A stretch of 64,000 nucleotides of DNA from Candidatus Bipolaricaulota bacterium (lineage in GTDB: Bacteria; Bipolaricaulota; Bipolaricaulia; M55B111), in contig JAGYME010000001.1 of the NCBI GenBank assembly GCA_018400715.1, positions 44,940 through 108,939 on the forward strand, written 5' to 3'. Positions 38,365 to 45,918 of this stretch are shown here, one piece after another. Numbering within the stretch: the first letter of the stretch is position 1; each line of letters begins with the position of its first letter. The position numbers and the translations under genes are program-made. The notes under the pieces are model-generated. The model was not told the origin of the DNA. It worked only from the letters and a program-made list of their open reading frames with translations, and did no database searches.

Positions 38365-39171
38365 ATGGAGAATAAAGGAAAGAAGACAGCCCTGATCACC
38401 GGGGCGTCACGGGGAATTGGTTACGAGATAGCGAAGCTCGCTGCTCAGAACGGCTACAATTTGGCCATCGTGAGTCGCTCTCTGGAAAACCTCGTCTCCG
38501 TTAAAAAGAAAATCGAGAGGGAGTACGGCGTCAACGTTGAGCCAATCGCGGGTGACTTAAGTTACACCGAGACGGCAGAGAGGATATTTGACCGCTTGAG
38601 CGGTGCGGATATGTGGGTTGATCTACTCGTAAACAACGCGGGTAGGGGTCAAATGGGGGAGTTCATCGAGACGGACTGGGAAGTAGACCGGGAGATGATG
38701 CGGTTAAACATGGACGCGGTGGTTTACCTGACCGACCTGTTCCTGCCACAGATGATAGAGAGGGGACAGGGAAAGATCTTAAACGTTTCATCGCTGGCCG
38801 CATTTGCTCCGGGTCCCCTCATGGCCCTCTATTACGCGACAAAGGCCTTCGTTCAGAATTTTTCCGAAGGACTGGCCGAGGAGGTCGCAGATAAGGGGGC
38901 GACCGTGACCGCCCTTTCTCCTGGACCGGTGGACACGGGGTTCGAGATAAAAGGAGTAAAGCCATCTGAGAACGGAAACAAATCTGTCAGGGTGTCCCCT
39001 GAGTTGGCCGCAAAAGTCGGATACAACGGCGTCATGAGCGGCAAGCGAGTCGTCGTCCCCGGCGGGGCGGTCTCAGTTGCCCCACAGCTGGCCCGCCTCT
39101 TACCGCGGAGGACAGTAAGCAGCTTCATCAGTTGGCTAAACAACCGCCTATTGTACAGGGACGGTGCTTGA
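38365..39171 (+). CDS. SDR-family oxidoreductase; last four codons and stop lie inside MITE copy 2
   Basis: TGASRGIG and NNAG motifs, S...YxxxK. AGGAG 8 nt before the ATG at 38365. The stop TGA at 39169-39171 is inside the TIR. Confidence 0.8.
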   Translation: MENKGKKTALITGASRGIGYEIAKLAAQNGYNLAIVSRSLENLVSVKKKIEREYGVNVEPIAGDLSYTETAERIFDRLSGADMWVDLLVNNAGRGQMGEFIETDWEVDREMMRLNMDAVVYLTDLFLPQMIERGQGKILNVSSLAAFAPGPLMALYYATKAFVQNFSEGLAEEVADKGATVTALSPGPVDTGFEIKGVKPSENGNKSVRVSPELAAKVGYNGVMSGKRVVVPGGAVSVAPQLARLLPRRTVSSFISWLNNRLLYRDGA

Positions 39172-39261
39172 CATTTTGACAATTTTGTCAAGTTCATTTG
39201 CTATGTAATTCCCTATAGGCCGTCTGTTTCGGATAATGTCAAAATGTCAAGCACCGTCCCT
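39157..39261. mobile_element. MITE/REPIN-like element copy 2 (105 bp)
   Basis: TIRs 39157-39181 and 39237-39261 are perfect inverted copies; same orientation and a similar core to copy 1. Confidence 0.9.
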
Positions 39262-39322
39262 CCATTAACTAGTTAATGGACTGTCGACTTAGCATGTCAC
39301 ATAGTGTTATTTGTGATATGAC

Positions 39323-40195
39323 ATGCGGACGGCAAGAAGAACATATAAGGGTGCCTTCCATCACGTAATGAACCGTGGTCACGAAGGCAAGATGATATTT
39401 TCTTCCAGAGGCCTCAAACGAAAGTTCCTAAAGTTCCTGGTCGATCAGGCCGACAAGACGAAGATTAGGGTATTTGCTTATTGCCTTATGAACAATCATT
39501 ATCATTTGGTCCTACAGAATAGTTCCGGGAAACTTTCTAACTTTATGCGCAATCTAAACGGATCCTTTGGGACGACGTATAGGAATAGGGAGGGAGGCAA
39601 AGGTTATGTCTTTCAGAACCGCTTCAAATCCACGCTTATCACGACAGATCATTATCTCTCGGCTGTAATAGCATATACGTTGTTGAATCCTCTTCGAGCT
39701 GGTCTGGTAGAAGATCCGTATAATTACGAATGGTCGAGTATCAATGAATACTTCTCTAACGACAAGAAGACCGTCACCGATAGGGAATTTGTTGAAAATC
39801 TCTTCATGTCCCAGGACGGGCTGAGAAGACATCTATCACATTGGGTTGGGAGAGAACTACCCGTGAAAGACACCGATCAAGGCGAAGTGATCGGCGAAGA
39901 GAAGGGGCCGATCAGAAGGACGGGGATCATTGACAGGGCAAAAGAGGATGTGCAAAGATTTCCCAAGGTACAGGTTGTTATCGCCAGATTCGAAATGGAG
40001 AAAGGTGTCGAGTTGAGCGATATAGATCTCTCCAGCCACAATGGAAAGCGATTGAGGGCGGAGCTATTGGTTCGCCTCAAGGACGATGCCGGACTAACTT
40101 ATAGAGAGATCAGTGAAATGTCGATATTTGAAACTCTGAGTTATTCTTCTCTTGGGAAAATATATCAGCGAACGAAGAGAAGACTGGCAACGTAG
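39323..40195 (+). CDS. IS200/IS605-family HuH Y1 transposase (TnpA), REP-associated tyrosine transposase (RAYT)-like, 290 aa with C-terminal HTH-like extension
   Basis: YHVMNRGHEG...AYCLMNNHYHLVLQ (HuH motif)...YVFQNRFKS...YTLLNPLRAGLV...YEWSS (catalytic Tyr region). Flanked by MITE copies 2 and 3. Confidence 0.8.
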   Translation: MRTARRTYKGAFHHVMNRGHEGKMIFSSRGLKRKFLKFLVDQADKTKIRVFAYCLMNNHYHLVLQNSSGKLSNFMRNLNGSFGTTYRNREGGKGYVFQNRFKSTLITTDHYLSAVIAYTLLNPLRAGLVEDPYNYEWSSINEYFSNDKKTVTDREFVENLFMSQDGLRRHLSHWVGRELPVKDTDQGEVIGEEKGPIRRTGIIDRAKEDVQRFPKVQVVIARFEMEKGVELSDIDLSSHNGKRLRAELLVRLKDDAGLTYREISEMSIFETLSYSSLGKIYQRTKRRLAT

Positions 40196-40331
40196 AATGG
40201 GTTAGGTAAAACAAAAAGCTCGTCCTCCTCCACATATCCAATTTGTTTTTTCCTTTGATTTATTCCGCGGTCACCCATATAAAATATCGTTAACTAGATA
40301 TGAAAATTACAATCCTAAAGGGTGAAAAATA

Positions 40332-40625
40332 ATGAAGAATAATGTTGAAGATAATGACCAGGGCTTACAGCTGGCCTCCCCCGTGGTAGTTTCCTGTCGT
40401 GATGAAAACGGAATGACAATGCGCTGGTAGTTGCATACGCGTCCAACTGTAGTTTTGACCCCCCCAATGTTAATTGTTGGCATCGTCCCTTCTAGATATT
40501 CATATCATATGGTAAAAGAAACTGGTGCCTACGTGGTTAACCTGGTATCTGAAGACCTCAAGGAAGAATTTGATTATCTCGGGCACAATAGCGGCCGAGA
40601 TGTGTTTAGTAGGGACGGGGCTTGA
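40332..40625 (+). pseudogene. flavin-reductase-like (FMN-binding split-barrel) gene remnant; in-frame TAG at 40428 and truncated by MITE copy 3
   Basis: SPVVVSCRDENGMTMRW-stop-LHTRPTVVLTPPMLIVGIVPSRYSYHMVKETGAYVVNLVSEDLKEEFDYLG resembles the N-terminal half of flavin reductases. The reading frame terminates ...RDGA* inside the TIR. Confidence 0.5.
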
Positions 40626-40715
40626 CAGTTTGACATTTCTAGCAACTCCCGTTGCTGTAAGCGTTTCGCTGTAATTCGACCGTAAAATATTGTCAAAATG
40701 TCAAGCCCCGTCCCT
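40611..40715. mobile_element. MITE/REPIN-like element copy 3 (105 bp; TIR variant GGGG on both arms)
   Basis: AGGGACGGGGCTTGACA...TGTCAAGCCCCGTCCCT; core unrelated to copies 1 and 2. Confidence 0.9.
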
Positions 40716-40723
40716 ACTTTTTC

Positions 40724-40751
40724 TTGACATTCTTCTAATCTGTGATATACT
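40724..40751 (+). promoter_or_regulatory. sigma70-type promoter TTGACA-16-TATACT upstream of the GntR-family gene
   Basis: Consensus -35 at 40724-40729 and -10 at 40746-40751, 9 bp past the MITE end. Confidence 0.55.
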
Positions 40752-40806
40752 ACAGTTGAAATGTAATATATCAACTCACCATTTTTCTTACATTTGCGTG
40801 ATACAT

Positions 40807-41451
40807 ATGGTACTTAACAAGCAGAGCCTGGCGGACCAAATATACCACGAAATTAGGGACCTGATAATTAACGTGGAGGTCGAGCCGGGCGAAAAAATCG
40901 ATGTCTCCGTTCTGGAGGAAAAATACGAAGTAAGTAGGGCACCGATCCGCGAAGCCTTAAACCGCCTGGCAAATCAGGGACTGGTTGAGGTACGTCCGAG
41001 GGTTGGTTATTTCGCCGTGGAACTCTTACCTAATCAAGTACGGGATATTTGTGAGCTGAGGAAACTCTTTGAGACGTACGCTCTCCAGCAGTCGGTCGAG
41101 GAGGTAGACAAGGACGACCTGAAAGAACTCCTTGAGGAGTCTCTTGAATTAAAACACGATGGACTGGACCCAAAGGAGCTTAGGTTCCGTTTTGACCAGA
41201 CGGATGAAAGGCTGCATAAGTTGATAATCACTCACGCCGACAACGAGCTGCTCGAGGAGTTTACCGAGCGGATCCATAACCTGATCGGCCTCACTAGACA
41301 CCTTAACGAGAGAATTCAGGAAGCGATTGACGAGCACGTTATCCTACTACGGGCGATGATCAATCGAAACAGTGAAAGGGCGAAAAAGGCGTTAAGCAAG
41401 CATCTAGATAACGTCGAGGAAGAAATTTTGAGGTCAATTAATTCCGGCTAG
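40807..41451 (+). CDS. GntR-family transcriptional regulator (FadR/FCD subfamily)
   Basis: N-terminal wHTH QIYHEIRDLIINVEVEPGEKIDVSVLEEKYEVSRAPIREALNRLANQGLVEVRPRVGYFV plus a helical FCD-type C-terminal domain. The ORF-track N-terminal extension is translated MITE sequence. Confidence 0.8.
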   Translation: MVLNKQSLADQIYHEIRDLIINVEVEPGEKIDVSVLEEKYEVSRAPIREALNRLANQGLVEVRPRVGYFAVELLPNQVRDICELRKLFETYALQQSVEEVDKDDLKELLEESLELKHDGLDPKELRFRFDQTDERLHKLIITHADNELLEEFTERIHNLIGLTRHLNERIQEAIDEHVILLRAMINRNSERAKKALSKHLDNVEEEILRSINSG

Positions 41452-41624
41452 ATATGTCATATGGAGAATTACTCGTTACTTTTTCAAATATTTTTGTGTA
41501 ATTGTGAATCACACTTTTTCTTAACTACGAAGAAGTTATAAGAAGGGGGTGTTAACCCGCAAATAAGAACGAAGAATAGGCCGGAGGAAATTTAACTAAA
41601 TCAAATCCACTAAAGGGTGATATC

Positions 41625-42968
41625 ATGACAAAAAATAGCCTAAAGTTGATTATTGGTTTAACGCTGGTAACGCTGCTAGCGATGCCGTTTGCAGCGTCAG
41701 GCGAGGATGTTGACTGGAATGCGCCGAATTCTATCGAAGAGAGAATTATCGGGCCGAATTATCAGCTTCCGGAGAACTGGGAATCTTTGGTAGAGGGAAC
41801 CGACGAGATAAGCCACTTTAACTACGGTGCTATGGAGTACGATCCAGCGACGGAGAGAAACGGAGACATCTTCGAGGCACTAACGGGAGTCAAGGTTATT
41901 CACCAGGTAGTCTCCTTTAACGACATGGCACAGAAGATTGCGACCACGCTACTCGGAAGGTCACCAAACCCCGACCTCTTTCAGATTGAGAGGAACTACG
42001 TGAGAAACGCCCGAGCCGGCAACCTGGTAAACGTCGACGAGCTTTGGTCTGAAGAAGCATGGACTCACTATCCTGACTGGGTTAAAAACGACATCGAGGT
42101 TGACGGTCACTACTACGCGGTCCCTCAGTTGGGTCAACAGTCAGGCTTTTACTATCGACCGAGCTTACTGGAGGAGGCCGGATACGACGAACCTCCTAAG
42201 ACCAAGGAGGAGCTAGTTGAGATAGCGCAAGCGGTAACGACGGATGACGTCTACGGTTACGGATTCGCCGCCGGTGACAACTTTGCCGCATACGAGAGCT
42301 TCCTTTCCGCCCTCTACATGCAGGATGGACGACTCGTCCACGACGAAAAGCCCGACGTAACTACCGACAAAGCCAAGGCCGCCCTGCAGTTTCTAGTTGA
42401 CCTCGTTCACGAGTACGAGGTGGCTCCGCCAGCGGCTGGTCAGATGAAGGAAGCGGAACTCGGCGACATGTTCGTCGGAGGCAGCGTGGCGATGATGATT
42501 CAATGGGATTATCACTTTGCTCGCGCAACTGACCCGGAACAGTCAACGATTGCTGACGACGTGGAATTCACCGTCGTCCCGAGTTGGGACGAGGACACGA
42601 AAGGTAAAGCACTCGCTGATTTCCAGATATTAGCAATCAATAGCTACAGCAACAACATTCCAGCTGCAAAACTGTTCTTGGACTACATGAGGTCCGAGCA
42701 GGCACTGGCGAACGAAATGATTCTCGAAGGAAACAACAGCTTGGTGTTGGATGTCTTCGATTCCCCGGCTGCGGAAACCGAGATGGACCCGGGTTTCCTC
42801 GAGGCGAAGAAAAAGCTCGCAGGAAGTTCGATGAGGGAGAACTACCCGCACATGGCAGAGGTAGTTGACACCCTCGGTAGTCAGGTAAGGGCTGCAGTAA
42901 CGCAGGCAAAGAGCGTGGACAAGGCGCTAGAGGCTGCACAGAATAACATTGACAAAGTCATGGACTAA
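41625..42968 (+). CDS. ABC transporter sugar-binding protein (SBP family 1)
   Basis: Signal peptide; 447 aa, typical size and composition of CUT1 sugar-binding proteins. Confidence 0.8.
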   Translation: MTKNSLKLIIGLTLVTLLAMPFAASGEDVDWNAPNSIEERIIGPNYQLPENWESLVEGTDEISHFNYGAMEYDPATERNGDIFEALTGVKVIHQVVSFNDMAQKIATTLLGRSPNPDLFQIERNYVRNARAGNLVNVDELWSEEAWTHYPDWVKNDIEVDGHYYAVPQLGQQSGFYYRPSLLEEAGYDEPPKTKEELVEIAQAVTTDDVYGYGFAAGDNFAAYESFLSALYMQDGRLVHDEKPDVTTDKAKAALQFLVDLVHEYEVAPPAAGQMKEAELGDMFVGGSVAMMIQWDYHFARATDPEQSTIADDVEFTVVPSWDEDTKGKALADFQILAINSYSNNIPAAKLFLDYMRSEQALANEMILEGNNSLVLDVFDSPAAETEMDPGFLEAKKKLAGSSMRENYPHMAEVVDTLGSQVRAAVTQAKSVDKALEAAQNNIDKVMD

Positions 42969-42994
42969 TCAGTCAACCTAAACCTTTATGTACC

Positions 42995-43030
42995 GCAAGG
43001 GGGGCAGAATTTCGCCCCCCCTTGCTTTTC
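42995..43030 (+). terminator. rho-independent terminator/attenuator (GCAAGGGGGGC-8 nt-GCCCCCCTTGC-TTTTC) between the SBP and permease genes
   Basis: Perfect 11-bp GC stem and U-tract read directly. Confidence 0.75.
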
Positions 43031-43048
43031 TAAATAAAAAATTGGGAT

Positions 43049-43942
43049 GTGATCGTTTTGCTCTTAGATTGGCTGAATCGACTCTCGCCCGTTCAATTTG
43101 CGCTGATACTGGTTATGCCGAGTATTATTCTGCTGTTTGCCATAATTGGATACCCGTTCGTTAACCTAATATACAGCAGTCTTTCCGCCTACGATATGCA
43201 GCTAACGCCTCACTTTACCGGCGTGAGTAACTATGTCACAGTATTCTCTGATCCCGCCTTCTGGGGAGATTTGGCAAACTCGTTTATTTATACCATTGGC
43301 TCGGTGATTACCTTCTTTCTCGTCGGGTTTGCCGTGGCCCTATCGCTGAACAAAATAAATATTTTTCAAACTCCACTCCGGGGAATTAGTCTTATCCCCT
43401 GGGCCATTCCACCAGTCACCGCAGCGATGATGTGGAGGTGGGCGTTAAATACGCAGTACGGCGTGGTCAACGACCTGCTAATGCGCGTTGGCTTGGTCTC
43501 TCAACCAATTCAGTGGCTGTCAAGCGGAAAACTGGCAATGGGGGTCCTCATATTCGTCGATGCCTGGATCAGGATACCTTTTGTCGCGTTGCTTCTGCTG
43601 GCAGGTCTGAAGGCTATACCGGGGGAGCTCTACGAGAGTGCTTCTATTGATGGGGCTGGCGTATATCAGCGGTTTCGCTATATTACCCTCCCGAACCTGC
43701 GTTACCCGATATCAATCGTCCTCAGCCTGCAGACGATGTTCGCGTTCCGGACATACGCGATTATGTCGGTGTTGACCGGTGGTGGTCCGGGGACGTCGAC
43801 CGAGTTATTGGTCAAGTATATCTACGACTCGGCATTTCAAGCCTACAACTTCGGGATTGCTGCCGCAGTATCCGTGATAATGTTTATATTCTGTCTGATT
43901 TTCGTCGCATTCTACTGGAATGCGCTGAGGATTGAGGTGTAA
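43049..43942 (+). CDS. ABC transporter permease (CUT1, MalF/UgpA-like)
   Basis: 6 TM, EAA-like loop region (ASIDGAGVYQRFRYITLP); GTG start. Confidence 0.8.
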   Translation: MIVLLLDWLNRLSPVQFALILVMPSIILLFAIIGYPFVNLIYSSLSAYDMQLTPHFTGVSNYVTVFSDPAFWGDLANSFIYTIGSVITFFLVGFAVALSLNKINIFQTPLRGISLIPWAIPPVTAAMMWRWALNTQYGVVNDLLMRVGLVSQPIQWLSSGKLAMGVLIFVDAWIRIPFVALLLLAGLKAIPGELYESASIDGAGVYQRFRYITLPNLRYPISIVLSLQTMFAFRTYAIMSVLTGGGPGTSTELLVKYIYDSAFQAYNFGIAAAVSVIMFIFCLIFVAFYWNALRIEV

Positions 43943-43944
43943 CT

Positions 43945-44808
43945 ATGGCTGAGAAAAGAAGTGGACTGTTATCGTGGTGGCGGAACCGTGACAAGTCGGT
44001 CTATTTGGCCTACTTTGTCATTGCCGTTTACCTCTTTTTTGTCCTGTTGCCGTTTTTCTTTACCTTCATTACTTCGATCAAGACGAGCAAGGAACTGACT
44101 ACGACCCCGGTAACCTACATCGTAAAGACGCCGACGTGGCAGCCATATTATTCGGTCCTGTTCGAGAGGGCGTACGGAAAGTACCTTCTAAATACCTTAG
44201 TGGTCTCGCTTTCCGTGGTTGCATTGTGTGCACTTTTTGGTGTCCCGGCTGCCTATGCTTTGGCAAAATACCGGTTGCCGTTCAAGACGGGAATGCTCAT
44301 ATCGACGATTTCGGTGCGGTTAATCCCGCCCATAAGCCTTATAGTTCCGTTCTTTCTGCTGATAAGGGCTATAAATGCGCTAGATTCGCTGCAGTCTCTG
44401 ATTATCGTTAATTTCCTCATGAACCTACCCTTCTTCATCTGGATAGCGTGGGGATTCCTCAAGGAACTTCCCGCCGAACTCGAGGAGGCGGCGTTGATAG
44501 ATGGCTGTACGAGGATTGAGGCGCTGTGGAAGGTCGTTATCCCCATTGCATCGCCGGGGCTAGGAGCGGCAGCGATTGTGAGTTTCTTGTTTACCTGGAA
44601 CGAATATCTCTTTGCTCTGACGTTTACGCAGACGGCTGCGTCCAAGACAATATCCGTGGGAATATCTGACTTCGTTGGCGACGTTTTCGTCCGCTGGAAC
44701 ATGATTTCCGCCGCGGGAATTCTTACTACGATTCCCGCTCTCATATTCGTATTTGCTTTCCAGAAATATATCGTAGAAGGTCTGACGGCCGGAAGCGTGA
44801 AAGGTTAA
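43945..44808 (+). CDS. ABC transporter permease (CUT1, MalG/UgpE-like)
   Basis: 6 TM, EAALIDGCTRIEALWKVVIP EAA motif. Confidence 0.8.
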   Translation: MAEKRSGLLSWWRNRDKSVYLAYFVIAVYLFFVLLPFFFTFITSIKTSKELTTTPVTYIVKTPTWQPYYSVLFERAYGKYLLNTLVVSLSVVALCALFGVPAAYALAKYRLPFKTGMLISTISVRLIPPISLIVPFFLLIRAINALDSLQSLIIVNFLMNLPFFIWIAWGFLKELPAELEEAALIDGCTRIEALWKVVIPIASPGLGAAAIVSFLFTWNEYLFALTFTQTAASKTISVGISDFVGDVFVRWNMISAAGILTTIPALIFVFAFQKYIVEGLTAGSVKG

Positions 44809-44828
44809 TTATAGGTAGGTGTTATTTA

Positions 44829-45842
44829 ATGAAGAGCGTCGTGTTTGAAGAAACCGAGAAGATAAAGTTAGTGGACAGGCCCGTCCCCGAGAGGTCGGAC
44901 GGTGAGGTACTGGTCAAGATCAAGTACGTTGGTATCTGTGGCTCCGACTATCATTCCTACAAGGGGTCCAACCCCTTCGTCAGCTATCCATATACGCCGG
45001 GACACGAGAGCTCGGCGGAGGTCGTCGAAGCTGACACCGACAGCGTTCTCGAAGCTGGAGACACGGTGGTAATCGATCCCGTCCTCTCCTGCGGGGCGTG
45101 CTATCCCTGTTCGGTCGGCAGACCTAACGTTTGCGAGAACCTGCGTGTAATCGGTGCCTCCGCTGAAGGGCTAATGCAGGAATACGCGGTGCTGCCCGAG
45201 AAAAATGTCCATAAGGCTCCGGAAGGGCTAACGTCGCTCGATCTGGTGTTTACCGAACCGTTGAGTATAGGCGCGCAGGCAAACTTTCGTGCAGGTGTCG
45301 AAAAAAATGAGCTAGTGACGGTTATCGGTGCGGGCACCATTGGTATAGCAGGTCTGCTTATAGCTCGCTGGACGAGTGACGTAAAGTCGCTCGTCGTCGA
45401 ACCAAACATCACGAGAAGGGAGATCGTCGAGGACATGGGCGCGGACGTGACGGTGGACCCAACGGAAGATTCTGTGACTGAAGTCCTAGAACGGGAGTTT
45501 TCCCGAAAGAGTTCACCGGTTGTAATCGAAGCGGTAGGCACGGAGGGTACGATAAACCTAGCGCTCGATACCGTCTCTTCAGCCGGAAGGGTCGTCGTTC
45601 AGGGTATTGTCGGAGAGAAGATAACGATAGACTCCGATGTCCTAATAGAGAAAGAAATCGACCTGTTGGGATCGAGGTTGAGCACGAACCAGTTTCCTAA
45701 CGTGGTTAAACTGATGGGAGAGAACGTCGAGGAGCTGCGCCGGATTCCCAAAAAGGGCTTCCCCGTTGACGACATCGAGGACGCCTTTGCTTGCTATGAG
45801 TCACGAAAGGACCTGATGAAGGTTTATTTGGAGTTTGATTGA
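44829..45842 (+). CDS. zinc-dependent alcohol/polyol dehydrogenase (MDR family)
   Basis: GICGSDYHSY...GHESSAEVVE catalytic Zn, C..C..C structural Zn, GAGTIG Rossmann motif. Confidence 0.85.
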   Translation: MKSVVFEETEKIKLVDRPVPERSDGEVLVKIKYVGICGSDYHSYKGSNPFVSYPYTPGHESSAEVVEADTDSVLEAGDTVVIDPVLSCGACYPCSVGRPNVCENLRVIGASAEGLMQEYAVLPEKNVHKAPEGLTSLDLVFTEPLSIGAQANFRAGVEKNELVTVIGAGTIGIAGLLIARWTSDVKSLVVEPNITRREIVEDMGADVTVDPTEDSVTEVLEREFSRKSSPVVIEAVGTEGTINLALDTVSSAGRVVVQGIVGEKITIDSDVLIEKEIDLLGSRLSTNQFPNVVKLMGENVEELRRIPKKGFPVDDIEDAFACYESRKDLMKVYLEFD

Positions 45843-45918
45843 TAAGTAGGAACATTTGCCATTACTAAATGAATAGCGCTAACCTGCATTCCAGAGAGCC
45901 AATCCGAGGAGGAGTTTG

